From Oculatellaceae cyanobacterium bins.114 (lineage in GTDB: Bacteria > Cyanobacteriota > Cyanobacteriia > Elainellales > Elainellaceae), in the NCBI GenBank assembly GCA_033764315.1, contig JANRJA010000229.1, positions 1-64,000 on the forward strand: a DNA stretch of 64,000 nucleotides, read 5' to 3'. The notes beneath the pieces are model-generated. The model saw only the letters and a list, made by a program, of their open reading frames with translations, was not told the origin of the DNA and searched no databases. A program made the position numbers and the translations under genes. This document shows positions 27,124 to 38,624 of the stretch, one piece after another (within the stretch, counting starts at the first letter, position 1; every line of letters begins with the position of its first letter).

Positions 27124-27210
27124 CTGATCAATAACTCTAATTTAGAGAATTGGTATAAGGCCGGTCTGATCAGAAACCGAGGGTCGAAACCCTCAGTTGC
27201 CCATCGCGTC

Positions 27211-28653
27211 TTATTCTTTTTCCCCGTCTCCCTCTTCTGTCTCGCCTCCTACAACTACATTGCGGATTCGTAGACTGGGGCCGCCGCACCCGACGGCTAA
27301 CCCACTTTGTCCCCCTTTGCCACACCCTCCAGACTCATCCCAAAAGAAGTCATCGCCGATCGCCTCGATATCTGCCAGGGTGGTAAAGACATTGCCAGAG
27401 AGGGTGACATCGCGCACAGGTTCGGCGATCGCCCCATTGCGAATCATCCAGGCTTCTCCAGCCGTGAAGGTAAACATCTCCCCATTGGTCATGCCGCCTA
27501 TCCAGTTGCAAGCGTAGACGCCTTCTTCAATGCCTTCAAACAGATCGGCAACTGGGGTTTTTCCTCGCTCAATCCAAGTGTTGGTCATGCGGACGAGGGG
27601 AGGGTAGTGATAGTTGAGACAACGCGCGTTACCTGTGGGGGTTTCTCCTAATTTACCTGCGGTTTCTCGCGAATGCAGCCGACCGACTAACACGCCATCT
27701 CGAATTAACTGAGTAGTAGTGGCGGGCACGCCCTCGTCATCGTAATAATAGCTGCCTCGATGTCCTTCTGGGGCTGCCCCATCAAAAATCTGCAACTCTT
27801 GAGGACCAAAGCGTCGTCCTAAGGTCATGACTTCTAGCAAGTCAGGGTTTTCATAGGCCATGTCTGCCTCAGATAGGTGCCCAAAAGCTTCATGAACAAA
27901 AAGCCCTGTCAAAATCGGATCGATCACAACGGTGTAGGTGTTGCCCTTAACGGGTGGCAGTGCCAGAGCATCGACGGCTCGTTGAGCAGCACTGCGAACC
28001 TGATCATCCAGATTTTCTAAATCTTCATAGCCGTTGCGAGACCCGGTCGTTTCTCGTCCGGTTTGCACCGTCTCACCGCTGCGGGCAGTTGCAGCATATC
28101 GCATTTCCATGTCTGCCCAAGATTGCTCAATCACGGTGCCTTCAGAGGTGGCTAAAACCATGCGCTGAGTGCTGTCGCCATACCGCACTGAGGTTGTCGC
28201 GATGCGGCTATCAACACTGCGCAAAATCTCGGCGTAGTGACTGCACAATGCTTTTTTGCGAGCCAGGGGAATGTGGCGTGGGTCGCTGCCAATGAGCCGC
28301 AATCGACGGCTATCTTGAATCGGGTCAATTGGAGCCAATAGGGTTTCTTCGTCCCCAACGAGTCGAGCCGCTGCGATCGCCTCTTCGATGCGTTCTGCCA
28401 AAGTAGCCAGTTGATTAAAGCTGGCAAACCCCCAACCTCCTTTATAACAAGCCCGTACCTGACCTCCAATCGAAATTCCTTCGCTTAAGGTCTCAACGCG
28501 ATCGCCCCGTAATAAAATGTCTGTTCCTTCTGCTTCCTCCAGTCGAATTGAGAGGTAATCGACCTGAACACGATAGCGAGCAATTAAATCGCTCAACAGA
28601 TTTCTGGCGTCATTTAACAAATTAGACATGATGAAGATGGGGTGAAGGAGCAA
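27211..28653 (-). CDS. tldD: TldD/PmbA family metalloprotease
   Basis: HEAFGHLSEAD (HExxGH), RMTNT and GCGKGGQ...GGPSLR motifs. Confidence 0.9.
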   Translation of the reverse strand: MLLHPIFIMSNLLNDARNLLSDLIARYRVQVDYLSIRLEEAEGTDILLRGDRVETLSEGISIGGQVRACYKGGWGFASFNQLATLAERIEEAIAAARLVGDEETLLAPIDPIQDSRRLRLIGSDPRHIPLARKKALCSHYAEILRSVDSRIATTSVRYGDSTQRMVLATSEGTVIEQSWADMEMRYAATARSGETVQTGRETTGSRNGYEDLENLDDQVRSAAQRAVDALALPPVKGNTYTVVIDPILTGLFVHEAFGHLSEADMAYENPDLLEVMTLGRRFGPQELQIFDGAAPEGHRGSYYYDDEGVPATTTQLIRDGVLVGRLHSRETAGKLGETPTGNARCLNYHYPPLVRMTNTWIERGKTPVADLFEGIEEGVYACNWIGGMTNGEMFTFTAGEAWMIRNGAIAEPVRDVTLSGNVFTTLADIEAIGDDFFWDESGGCGKGGQSGLAVGCGGPSLRIRNVVVGGETEEGDGEKE

Positions 28654-28806
28654 CTGTCTTTATTTTGTAGCAGACTGAGAGAAGAAGCGTCTGATAGGAA
28701 GCGATTTTTGCGATCAACGCTTGCTTTCCACAATATCAATAAACCTAATTTATTGAAGCAGTCTAAGAGTCTCAGCTTCAGCTGGGTTTGATTATAAGGG
28801 GGTTCA

Positions 28807-29703
28807 ATGGTCAGGGCATCTCGGCAAGGATGGGTGGCAACACGCCCCCAGGAATATACTCGGCTCCCCATTTTTCCACAGGCTCCTATGTTGTCTAGTC
28901 AAGCCGTGACCTGGGAAGGCATTTATCTCGAAATTCATTGTCAACCTGCCTATGAAACGCCGAGTTATCGGTATGGCTGGCACATTGTTGGGGTGCATTT
29001 AGGTCAGCCTGTTACCGGAGATGTGTGGTTAGAAAATGGCTATACCGAACGTAAAACCTTATTTGATGGGGATGTGTGCATTTTTCCTGCCAACGCCTGG
29101 TATCGAGAAAAGTGCTATTGCGACAATCGGTTTATTGATCTGCATCTTGAGCCAACTCTGTTAGTTCATATGGCTCAAGACTTGTTGGGAACGGACACTG
29201 TCGATCTTGCAACCCATTACTCGACGCGCGATCCACTGATTCATCAGATTGGGTTAGCCCTCAAGACTGAGCTAGAAACAACCGGCGATCGCCTCTATGC
29301 TGAATCAATGACACACGCATTGGCTGCTCACTTGGTGCGGCGATATATGGCAACTCCGCGATCGCTCTCCCTAGCCTCAGAGACCTTGCCTCAGCACAAA
29401 TTGCATCTCGTATTGGATTATATTCACGAGCATCTAGCTCAGGAGTTGAGTGTCAGTGCGATCGCGGCTCTGGCTCAAATGAGTCCCTATCACTTTTCGC
29501 GGTTATTCAAACAGGCAACTGGGCGATCGCCTTACCACTACATTCTGCACCGTCGTGTTGAACAGGCTCAAGTGTTATTGAGGCAAGGAGAACTGGCGAT
29601 CGCAGAGGTTGCCTATGCGGTTGGGTTTGCCAATCAAAGCCATCTCACTCGCCAGTGTAAACGTATTCTGGGGTTGACCCCAAGACAATTGCAGAAGCAA
29701 TAA
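28807..29703 (+). CDS. AraC-family transcriptional regulator
   Basis: C-terminal double HTH (MSPYHFSRLFKQATG...VGFANQSHLTR). Confidence 0.92.
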   Translation: MVRASRQGWVATRPQEYTRLPIFPQAPMLSSQAVTWEGIYLEIHCQPAYETPSYRYGWHIVGVHLGQPVTGDVWLENGYTERKTLFDGDVCIFPANAWYREKCYCDNRFIDLHLEPTLLVHMAQDLLGTDTVDLATHYSTRDPLIHQIGLALKTELETTGDRLYAESMTHALAAHLVRRYMATPRSLSLASETLPQHKLHLVLDYIHEHLAQELSVSAIAALAQMSPYHFSRLFKQATGRSPYHYILHRRVEQAQVLLRQGELAIAEVAYAVGFANQSHLTRQCKRILGLTPRQLQKQ

Positions 29704-29819
29704 GGTGACAATAAAAACCCCCTGATAGTCTTCATTAAAAGAGAGAGACTTCAGGGGGTCGCTAAATCAATACCTAACAGCAGCTAACAATTGAGTTAGC
29801 TGGTGAGTTAGCGATTGAG

Positions 29820-30800
29820 TTAGCTGGCTAAGTAGCCACGCACATTTGCTTTGCGGCGACGCAAATGATCGAGAGCTTGCCGCTCTAACTGACGCACCCG
29901 CTCACGGCTGATGTTCATGCGCTGACCCACTTTCGCCAGAGACAGCTCATGACCATCGTTTAAGCCAAATCGCAGAATCAAGACTTCCCGTTGTTGTGGA
30001 GTCAAATCTGCCAGCATGTTGTCAAGGTCTTGACGCAATGACTCTTGAACGGTGTAGCTCTCAGGAGATGGACCATCATCTTCGAGCAACTCTTGTAACT
30101 CAGTATCTTGGTTGTCACCGACTCGCAAATCAAGCGAAACGGGTTGCCGTGACATGAGCAAAAATTCTCGAATTTGAGCAGGTTCTAACTCCAGTGCCTC
30201 AGCGATCTCACCTGCATTGGGCGCACGTCCAAGTGATTGGGTTAGCTCTCGTTGCACCTTCTTGATCTTGTTCAGTTTTTCGGTAATGTGAATTGGCAAG
30301 CGAATGGTTCGGGCTTGCTGAGCGATCGCCCGCGTAATGGCCTGACGAATCCACCAGTACGCATAGGTCGAAAACTTATAACCGCGCATGGGATCAAACT
30401 TTTCGACCCCGCGTTCTAGACCCAACGTGCCTTCCTGGATCAGATCCAGAAATTCCATGTTGCGCTTCTGATACTTTTTGGCGATCGCCACAACAAGCCG
30501 CAGGTTGGCTTCGATCATCTTCTGCTTAGCTCGATTGCCTTCTCGCAACTGTTTGTTGAGGTCTGCTTCGGTTAACCCAACTTCTGCCGACCACTCTTCG
30601 CGAGTCGGTTCACGATCTAGCTTTTCTGCCAGCTTCTCGCGAGCTTCTAGTAGAGGCATCATTTGTTGAACCTGTTTGCCATAAACAATCTCTTGTTCAT
30701 GGGTCAACAGGGGAACACGCCCAATCTCATGCAGATAGGTGCGTACCATATCTGCTGTAAACATCGGTTTAGCTTTTTCTTGAGGGTTTGCGGTTGGCAT
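29820..30800 (-). CDS. Group 2 RNA polymerase sigma-70 factor (SigB-like)
   Basis: [29 protein letters not shown] and [14 protein letters not shown] motifs. The sequence shows CAT at 30798-30800 and TTA at 29820-29822, so the gene is on the minus strand although the ORF track lists it as plus. Confidence 0.92.
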   Translation of the reverse strand: MPTANPQEKAKPMFTADMVRTYLHEIGRVPLLTHEQEIVYGKQVQQMMPLLEAREKLAEKLDREPTREEWSAEVGLTEADLNKQLREGNRAKQKMIEANLRLVVAIAKKYQKRNMEFLDLIQEGTLGLERGVEKFDPMRGYKFSTYAYWWIRQAITRAIAQQARTIRLPIHITEKLNKIKKVQRELTQSLGRAPNAGEIAEALELEPAQIREFLLMSRQPVSLDLRVGDNQDTELQELLEDDGPSPESYTVQESLRQDLDNMLADLTPQQREVLILRFGLNDGHELSLAKVGQRMNISRERVRQLERQALDHLRRRKANVRGYLAS

Positions 30801-31579
30801 GGGGTACAGTGAACTCCGTCGAACAATGCTAAAAAACAGGGAACTTCAGGAAGTCCGCGAATAGCCTTCCTGGGAAAAGGAGTGATAGTGGTAGACAGAT
30901 CACCGACAATGCGGCGACTCAGGGCGGCGACTAAAGCAAACTCAAATAAGGTTGTGTCGAAAATAGACGGGAAATGACTTGAAGAAAATCACTTCGGGAT
31001 GCTCACCCGATATGAAGAGCGAAGAACAGGTGAATTTGTAAAAGATGATCCCGGCTTGTAGCAATCAGCTGAATATGGCTGCTGTCCAAAAAGGCTAGGT
31101 ATCTGGCTTACTCGAATCCAAACCCATCACTGTGAAGCAATCGCAGTGACACCCAATTGCCTGCAAATTTTGAATAGTCTCCTGAGGAATGGTAGGTTGG
31201 TGTTGCGAAAGTCGAAATCATTATGACTTTGACTTAGTTAAAGTGTAGTACAAATTTAACTGTCAGTAAAGCGGTCGCGATTCATCCAAAAGGATGAACC
31301 TGCCGGAGGAATTGCACCAACTAAAAAGCAGTCAACCTGTAATACGTGGCTTAACCCGCACTGGTTTAAACTGCGATCGCCGATTTATTTTCTCCTTCTA
31401 CCATAGTGGACTGAACAGTCTAGTTTGGCTAGAGCGGCGGCAGAGTGATAACCGAACTGTTTAGATCGGGAATTATCGCCTCCTCGATCGGGATTATCAT
31501 GAGTGGTTGAAGGTCTTGGTGGACAAGGGTTTGAGCCAATTGCTTGAGATTAAGCAAGCCTTGGATTCATGAATAATTT

Positions 31580-33385
31580 CTAAAAACCCAAGTCTGCCTT
31601 GGCCGCTTCTGCCGCTTGAAAAACAGCTGTGGTCGGCATGTCTTCCCAGGCAACATCGCCAATCTCGGCATAAAACTGCTCATCATAGGGACGAGTTCTG
31701 ATCACCACTGGCATAGGCACCGCATGCCCCAAAATCAGGGCTTGCTGCTTTGAATCCAATTTGGCTAAGACCGATCGCAACGCTTGCCCACCAGAAACCC
31801 CAGTGAAAATCGCTTCGATATCTTTTTCATCATTTAAGAGAGCCGTAATCCGAGTACCGATCTGAGACATAACTTCATTGTCGATGCCAGACGGGCGTTG
31901 ATCAACGACCATTAGGGTGACAAAATACTTCCGCATTTCACGGGCGATTGTTCCAAAGATTGTTTGCCGCACCGTCGCGGGATCCAGGAAACGGTGGGCT
32001 TCTTCAATCGTGATCACCAATTGGCGGGGGCGATCGCTAACATTCTTAGTCTGCAAAAACTTCTCTGCTTTCTGCACATAACTAGCGTGGATGCGCCGCG
32101 CAATCACGTTTGTCGCCAGCATGTAAGACAGCAGATTAGATTGAGAGCCAAATTCAACCACAACATGTTTGCCTGCCTCCAGAGATTCCAAAATTTGACC
32201 GACATAATTGTGAGGACAACTTTGCCGCAGGTACTTTAGATCATCCAGACGAGTTAACTTGCGTTGAAGTGCCATGATGGAAGATTTGCTGCCCATCTTG
32301 ACCTCACAGAATTCCTGGATCTCCTCGTTGCTCATCGACAACAGGCGAGTAATCCATGTTTTGCCAAATTCATTCCGAAGAATAATGGCGTTTTCAAGGC
32401 TAGCTTCTGACAGGTTGAGTTCGCCCCGCACCAACATCAAGTCCTCAACGTCGATTTGGTCATAGCTGATGTATAGCTCTTGAGCATCGCGCACTCCCCG
32501 CCGTTTAGTTGATTCGGGGTCGAGGGTATAGATCTGTACCTGACCAGGGAACAGTTGCCGTAAGCCCTTGACTGTGCTGAAGCGTTTGCCCTCACTGGCG
32601 GCTTCCCATCCATACTCTGAGTGCATGTCAAAGATTAGATTGACCGCCGCCCGCTTGCGAATGATCCCCGATAACAACAACCGCGTCAAAAAGGACTTTC
32701 CGGTGCCAGATTTGCCGAAGACCCCGTTGCTGCGTTCGACAAAGCGATCGAGGTCAATGCAAATGGGCACATCCATGTCAATGGGTTGCCCAATGGCAAA
32801 GTTGCGGCGATGGGGATCATCTTCCCAACCAAAGACAGCCCGAAAGTCACGTTCACTGGCATCAAATACTTGACTGAAATGGCTAGGAATCGTTTTGACG
32901 GGCAGTAACTCAATCGTGCTGGTTTGGGCCTCATAGGACGCTAAAGGAGCAGAGTCAGCCGCGATCGCTTTTTTAGAACGAGATTTTGGCGGTGGAGGTG
33001 GGCTGTCATCCTGAGCGGTGCTGGGCGTAAACATCAACATAGGCGTGAGGTTGATGGTGCCATAGGTGCCTGTTCCTGCCAGCACCTCATGGAGAAATGT
33101 GTTGTCGGGTTCTGGAGGGTTTGCCACAATGCGCGGGCTGGCTGTGCCCAAGGCTACATCCGTTAGCATGCAAAAGAAGCGCGATCGCCGCCCCTGCACC
33201 ACCACAAACTTCCCAACCCGCATATCTTCAACAGAGACATCGGGGTGCAAACGCACTTCTAAGCCTTGGCTGAGGGAGCCTTGAATAACGGAGCCAAGTG
33301 GCTGATCTAATTGCATGCGAGATGGCTGCCAAAGAGAGCAAAAAGGGACAGTAAACCTCCGTTTTAATAATACATCCGTTCGCAA
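31580..33385 (-). CDS. HerA/DUF87-family P-loop ATPase
   Basis: GKSGTGKS, IFDMHSEY, IEEAHRF and REMRKY...DQRPS motifs; the real start is probably MQLDQPLG (33316). Confidence 0.85.
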   Translation of the reverse strand: MRTDVLLKRRFTVPFCSLWQPSRMQLDQPLGSVIQGSLSQGLEVRLHPDVSVEDMRVGKFVVVQGRRSRFFCMLTDVALGTASPRIVANPPEPDNTFLHEVLAGTGTYGTINLTPMLMFTPSTAQDDSPPPPPKSRSKKAIAADSAPLASYEAQTSTIELLPVKTIPSHFSQVFDASERDFRAVFGWEDDPHRRNFAIGQPIDMDVPICIDLDRFVERSNGVFGKSGTGKSFLTRLLLSGIIRKRAAVNLIFDMHSEYGWEAASEGKRFSTVKGLRQLFPGQVQIYTLDPESTKRRGVRDAQELYISYDQIDVEDLMLVRGELNLSEASLENAIILRNEFGKTWITRLLSMSNEEIQEFCEVKMGSKSSIMALQRKLTRLDDLKYLRQSCPHNYVGQILESLEAGKHVVVEFGSQSNLLSYMLATNVIARRIHASYVQKAEKFLQTKNVSDRPRQLVITIEEAHRFLDPATVRQTIFGTIAREMRKYFVTLMVVDQRPSGIDNEVMSQIGTRITALLNDEKDIEAIFTGVSGGQALRSVLAKLDSKQQALILGHAVPMPVVIRTRPYDEQFYAEIGDVAWEDMPTTAVFQAAEAAKADLGF

Positions 33386-33668
33386 TACATTTGTTCTAAA
33401 TCATACGCGATGTGCAATTTAGGGATCTGGAATAGTGCATATGGGGTTAAATCATGGTCTAAATCGTGAGTTCACAGGTTTATCTAGTCGTTGGGGGACT
33501 GAACCCGGCGAATAAATTCACAGCTATTGGAACGAAGTCCGCGGCTTGACTGAGCATGGCCGAACGTCCGACCGTCAAATGCACCTGAGTTCATCTTTAG
33601 GGTGATGTCACTCAATAGAGGTCGCCCCTAAGGTGGGTTTAAACTTTAAAGATTGTCTGTGATGGTCG

Positions 33669-35546
33669 ATGATAGGACTTTTAAATCACTTTTTATTTTC
33701 AAATAGGTTTATTCCCTGTAATCCCTGTCATCTTTGGCAGCTCCAATTCGTTTGGTTGTATGTGTTGCCCGATGTAGTGATCGCCCTCTCCTATCTTCTG
33801 ATTGCGCTGTTGTTGCTTTATTTTGTTTATCGACAACACAGCTTTCCGTTCTCAACTCATTTTTTACTTTTTGAAGCATTCATTGTGCTCTTTGGTATGA
33901 CCTATTTAGTTGAGGTCTGGACACTTCGGCATCCTGAAAATGGGTTCTCTAGTCTGCTTAAAGGAGTGACTATAATTGTATCTTTCGCTACTCTTTTTAA
34001 GGCAGTTGTTGTAATTCCACAGGCGTTAACATTGCCTAGCCCAGACGAATTAAAAACAGCCAACCAAGCCCTTGAAACCCAAATTGCTGAGCGTCAACGA
34101 GCTGAACAATCTTTGCGACAATATGCGGCTCAACTGCGCCAAGCCCTAGAGTTTGAATCGATGTTGAAGCGGGTTACTGATAAGGTGCGAGATTCTTTAG
34201 ATGAATCGCAAATTTTTGATACCGCTGTGCAAGAACTAGGGCAAGGTTTGGGGGTACGTTGTTGTAGTGCAGCGTTATATAACCTGGCAACCCAGACCTC
34301 CACGATCTGCCATGAATATACAACATCGATGTTTCCGGTCAAGGGCAGTGTGGTGCAGATGGCAGAGTTTCCTGAAATTTATACTCCGTTGTTGGAGGGG
34401 CAGTATTTTCAGTTTTGTTTTATTCAGCCTGACCCGATTCGGGGGCGAGTTGCCGTTTTGGCCTGTCCTTTGATGGATGATCAGGAGGTGTTGGGAGATC
34501 TGTGGCTGCTTAACGATCGCGACTATGGGTTTCGGGATTTAGAGTTGCGATTTGTGCAACAAGTCGCCAACCAATGTGCGATCGCCATTCGTCAGGCAAG
34601 GCTCTATCAATCTGCCCAAATGCAAGTGCAAGAACTGGAACGGCTCAACCACCTAAAAGATGATTTTCTCAGCACCGTTTCCCATGAGTTGCGCACGCCC
34701 ATGTCGAATATCAAGCTCGCCACGCAAATGCTAGAGTTTACCCTGACGCAAGCCGGTTTAGTGGGGTCTGAGAACGATGCAACTCACACATCAACTAACA
34801 AAGTTGAACGATACTTGACGATTTTGCAAGAAGAAGGACATCGAGAAATTACCCTGATTAACGACTTGTTAGATTTGTCACGATTGGAAGCAGAAACAGA
34901 ACTTTTGAACCTGACAACGATCGCCCCCCATCATTGGCTTGAGAGTATTGCAGACATCTTTCAAGAGCGGGCTTTGAACCAGCAGCAACGGTTGCAAGTT
35001 GAGATCGAGTCTCTGCCACCGCTGACAACTGACCTGAGAAGCTTAGAGCAAATTGTGATGGAGTTGTTGAATAACGCTTGTAAATACACTCCTGCCGGGG
35101 GAACGATTACTGTGTCGGCGCAGGTTGTGTGCCAACAACACGCTGAGTCTAGTCAGGCGATGACCTCAACAGCGAAACCGCTTCGCGTCACTGCTCCGGT
35201 GGCTACCATGCCAACTGTGTCTATTCTGCCAAGTTCTATTCTGCCAAGTTCTAGTGTGCCAAGTTCTAGCTTGTCAGGGTTGGCATCGGTTGACATCCCA
35301 GTGGGTGAGCCACAGGTGTTGCGAGTGAGTGTTAGCAATTCGGGAGTCGAGATTCCGCCAGAGGAGTGCGATCGCATCTTTGAAAAGTTTTACCGCATTC
35401 CCAACCATGATCCTTGGAAGCATGGTGGCACTGGGTTGGGTTTGGCATTGGTGAAAAAGCGGGTTGAAAGTTTAGGAGCCAACATTTCAGTCGAAAGTAG
35501 CAACCAAATCACCACGTTTTCCGTCGAACTCCCCTTTAACCCTTGA
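33669..35546 (+). CDS. Sensor histidine kinase with ethylene-receptor-like TM region, GAF, HisKA and HATPase domains
   Basis: N-terminal TM helices, GAF, SHELRTPM, ELLNNACKYT and GGTGLGLALV motifs. Confidence 0.88.
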   Translation: MIGLLNHFLFSNRFIPCNPCHLWQLQFVWLYVLPDVVIALSYLLIALLLLYFVYRQHSFPFSTHFLLFEAFIVLFGMTYLVEVWTLRHPENGFSSLLKGVTIIVSFATLFKAVVVIPQALTLPSPDELKTANQALETQIAERQRAEQSLRQYAAQLRQALEFESMLKRVTDKVRDSLDESQIFDTAVQELGQGLGVRCCSAALYNLATQTSTICHEYTTSMFPVKGSVVQMAEFPEIYTPLLEGQYFQFCFIQPDPIRGRVAVLACPLMDDQEVLGDLWLLNDRDYGFRDLELRFVQQVANQCAIAIRQARLYQSAQMQVQELERLNHLKDDFLSTVSHELRTPMSNIKLATQMLEFTLTQAGLVGSENDATHTSTNKVERYLTILQEEGHREITLINDLLDLSRLEAETELLNLTTIAPHHWLESIADIFQERALNQQQRLQVEIESLPPLTTDLRSLEQIVMELLNNACKYTPAGGTITVSAQVVCQQHAESSQAMTSTAKPLRVTAPVATMPTVSILPSSILPSSSVPSSSLSGLASVDIPVGEPQVLRVSVSNSGVEIPPEECDRIFEKFYRIPNHDPWKHGGTGLGLALVKKRVESLGANISVESSNQITTFSVELPFNP

Positions 35547-35548
35547 AC

Positions 35549-36595
35549 TTAGGCAGGCTGGAGGGCAAATGACTTAGCCTCTTTGGGTTTTACAAACACC
35601 TGTTGATGGGGTTTTAGTTGCAGTTGATCAAAGCGTTCACGAGTGACATAGGCAACAAACGTTTGTCCATCTTCTAGGGCTAACTCCACCTGCACTTCCC
35701 ACCCTAAATGAACCACGCGATTTACTGTGACCAGAGAGGTGCCTGAATGCGGTTCATGGCTGATCAAAATATCATGGGGACGCAGGAATACTTCGGGTTG
35801 GCGATGGTTGATGCCGACATCCTGAAATAGTTTGACATTGCTGCGTAAGACATTGACTGGGCCAATAAAACTCATGACAAATGGAGTGGCAGGGTTGTCG
35901 TAAATCTCAGCGGGTGAACCGATCTGTTCAATTCGTCCCTGATTCATCACTACAATGTTGTCTGAGACTTCCATTGCTTCTTCTTGGTCGTGGGTGACAA
36001 AGACAGTCGTGACATGCACTTCGTCATGCAGGCGACGTAACCAGTTGCGAAGATCTTTGCGAACTTTGGCATCCAATGCTCCAAAAGGCTCATCTAACAA
36101 CAACACTTGAGGTTCGAGAGCCAGAGCACGGGCCAAGGCGACCCGTTGACGCTGTCCGCCAGAGAGTTGAGAGGGATAGCGATCGCCAAAGCCAGTTAAT
36201 TGAATTAACTCCAACAACTCATCGACCCGATGTTTAATTCGCACGGGAGACCATTTGTTGATCTCTAGCCCAAAAGCGATATTTTTGCGAACGGTTAAGT
36301 GCTTAAACAGAGCGTAGTGCTGAAACACAAACCCAATTTTGCGATCTTGGATGCTGGCGTAAGTTTTGTCTCGACCAGTCATAAAAATTTTGCCCTGATC
36401 TGGCTGTTCTAGCCCAGCAATCACCCGTAACAAAGTGGACTTTCCTGAACCAGAGGGACCTAGCAGGGCAACGAGTGAACCCGTCTCGATGTTGACACTA
36501 ACTTGGTCTAATGCTTGAAAACTGCCGAATTGCTTAGAGATATTCTCGACGGTAATTCCCATGTAATGCTTGTCTCCTGAAAATCTAGACTGCAT
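35549..36595 (-). CDS. cysA: Sulfate/thiosulfate ABC transporter ATP-binding protein
   Basis: [34 protein letters not shown] and a C-terminal TOBE-like region. Confidence 0.9.
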   Translation of the reverse strand: MQSRFSGDKHYMGITVENISKQFGSFQALDQVSVNIETGSLVALLGPSGSGKSTLLRVIAGLEQPDQGKIFMTGRDKTYASIQDRKIGFVFQHYALFKHLTVRKNIAFGLEINKWSPVRIKHRVDELLELIQLTGFGDRYPSQLSGGQRQRVALARALALEPQVLLLDEPFGALDAKVRKDLRNWLRRLHDEVHVTTVFVTHDQEEAMEVSDNIVVMNQGRIEQIGSPAEIYDNPATPFVMSFIGPVNVLRSNVKLFQDVGINHRQPEVFLRPHDILISHEPHSGTSLVTVNRVVHLGWEVQVELALEDGQTFVAYVTRERFDQLQLKPHQQVFVKPKEAKSFALQPA

Positions 36596-36682
36596 AAAAT
36601 ACTATATGCCGATCAAGATACCGTATTTTTACCAGAATAAAAAGCTATAGCAATCCCAAAGGGGGTGCGCCTCTCACAACAG

Positions 36683-37684
36683 CTAAAAAACGGCTTGGCG
36701 CAATTGGGGAAAGACCTTTGATACCTTATTCAATACATAGTCGCCGTAGGTTCCTTGAAACTCATGCACGCTGGTTTTATCCCACCGTTCTTGGGGATCG
36801 TCTTGGGTGGATGTCACGAGCAAGTCAATCGGTTTCACCTCAACACTGAAATTGGGGTCAAAAAAGAAAGGAAAGGAGAGGCGATCGCGCCCTGACCTGT
36901 TTTTGACGCGATGGGGAGTCGAGCGATATAGCCCACCCGTCATACGATCGAGCATATCGCCAATGTTGCAGACAAAAGCATTGGGAATTGGGGGAGCCTC
37001 GACCCAGTGTGATTTTGACTTGACCTGCAAACCACCCGACTCATCCTGTTTCAAAATGGTTAACAATCCATAGTCGGTGTGTTCGCCGACGCCCCATGTG
37101 GGTTCAAGTTGAGCCGCTGTGGGGGGATAGTTGAAGATGCGAAATAAGATTAAGGGGTCACTGGTGTAGCGATCGCTGAAGTAAGTTGCCTCTAACCCCA
37201 AGCTGAGAGCAATGCCTGTCATCAAGGTGTGACCTAATTGAGTCATTGCATCGAGATAGCGCAACACCGTTTCACGCCACGCTGGATCATGTTCTGGAAA
37301 AAGATTGTGTCCGTGCATCGGCACCCCTGCTTGCACAAGGGGGTGATCGGGATCTAACTCTGTGCCAAAATAAATGCCTTCTTTGATGTCGGGTTTGCCA
37401 GAGGTTAACTCACCCCCGACCGGAAAGTAGCCTCGCCATGCTCTGCCACCTTTTGCCATTGCGATCGCCAGTTTGACATCCAGATCTTGAGCAAAAAAAT
37501 CACGACTCAGGTGCTCTAATTGCTGTTGTAAGTCCTGATCAACATCATGCCCGATGATATAAAAAAAGCCGCTTTCTCGGCAGGCATGCCCAATTTGCTG
37601 AGCCACATCATGGCGATCGCCCTGACCTGTGACAAGTGGACTAATATCAATCACCGGAATGTGAGTAAACTCAATCACCATCAC
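36683..37684 (-). CDS. 2-oxoglutarate/Fe(II) oxygenase (isopenicillin N synthase family)
   Basis: HTDYG, STPHRV and RLSFPFF motifs. Confidence 0.88.
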   Translation of the reverse strand: MMVIEFTHIPVIDISPLVTGQGDRHDVAQQIGHACRESGFFYIIGHDVDQDLQQQLEHLSRDFFAQDLDVKLAIAMAKGGRAWRGYFPVGGELTSGKPDIKEGIYFGTELDPDHPLVQAGVPMHGHNLFPEHDPAWRETVLRYLDAMTQLGHTLMTGIALSLGLEATYFSDRYTSDPLILFRIFNYPPTAAQLEPTWGVGEHTDYGLLTILKQDESGGLQVKSKSHWVEAPPIPNAFVCNIGDMLDRMTGGLYRSTPHRVKNRSGRDRLSFPFFFDPNFSVEVKPIDLLVTSTQDDPQERWDKTSVHEFQGTYGDYVLNKVSKVFPQLRQAVF

Positions 37685-37743
37685 TCAGCCCTTAACATAA
37701 TCATCTAATGACCAATGACCGATAACCAATAACCCTCAAAAAC

Positions 37744-37795
37744 GTACAGACGCGATTAATCGCGTCTCTCCTCATAGCGATTAATCGCGTCTCTC
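37744..37795. repeat. REP-like palindrome AGACGCGATTAATCGCGTCT (one full, one partial copy)
   Basis: Perfect palindrome; a 28-bp identical inverted copy lies inside mutS2 at 46987-47014. Confidence 0.75.
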
Positions 37796-37823
37796 CTTAT
37801 AGAATCTGCTCAGCACTCAGCAC

Positions 37824-38330
37824 TCAATACTCAGCACTGACCGATCGGACGTAGACCTTCAGACGACGTAAGCCCCGAAGCCATGCTCTGGCAGGTTCTT
37901 CAAAAAAAGTAAAAATGTCGCCATAGGCAATATTAGTGCGTTGATGATGCAACCAATGTCGCTCTGGGGTTGTAATACACAAGATTTGACACAAAAGGGC
38001 GATCGGTTTGGAAGTTTGCCATCCCAAAATGCTAGTATGCCGCCACCAGACGTGAATCTGACCCAATACCAGACCCATCACGACACCGACCGGGGAGTAA
38101 GACCACATCAAAACGCTTGCAATGAGATAGGGTAAGGCTCCCAAAATGCCATCCAACAATACTGAAAAGTGGGGCATTAAAACGGCGTAGTGGCGAAAGT
38201 TTTGTTTGGCAGCATGGTGGGTTTTGAGGTGCAGTGACCCAAACACATGCTCTGGGATGTGATAGCAAAAGGTCGAGATAAAGTCTCCAAGAACCAAGAG
38301 TAGCCAGGTAACAGCGATCGCGTTTAACAT
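37824..38330 (-). CDS. Sterol desaturase / fatty acid hydroxylase family protein
   Basis: His boxes YHIPEH, HLKTHH, HVWWRH and RHWLHH. Confidence 0.75.
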   Translation of the reverse strand: MLNAIAVTWLLLVLGDFISTFCYHIPEHVFGSLHLKTHHAAKQNFRHYAVLMPHFSVLLDGILGALPYLIASVLMWSYSPVGVVMGLVLGQIHVWWRHTSILGWQTSKPIALLCQILCITTPERHWLHHQRTNIAYGDIFTFFEEPARAWLRGLRRLKVYVRSVSAEY

Positions 38331-38624
38331 TCAAAGCCTCTGTAATACAGAATCTACGATAAACCGATAAAGATTTAGTAGATTTCACGGATTTTGGCAG
38401 CAGTATGTCACACATCTGTGTGAGAGGCAAGATTTGTAGAATACATTTGAAGTTTAGTGATTTAGAGGATTGATGCAGTTAATCTTAAATCTTGAAACGT
38501 TTACTGTTGCTTGAGTTCCTCCTGCTTTACTAAAAAAGAGGGAAGCCAAAAAAAAGGCTGAAATCCTCACTTTATAAGGTGGGTTTAGCAGGATCAAAAC
38601 TTTTATTAATAAAACAACTCTTAT

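Noticed and set aside
29820-30800. ORF-track plus-strand assignment for the sigma factor
   Set aside because: The sequence has CAT at 30798-30800 and TTA at 29820-29822; the listed protein is encoded on the minus strand.
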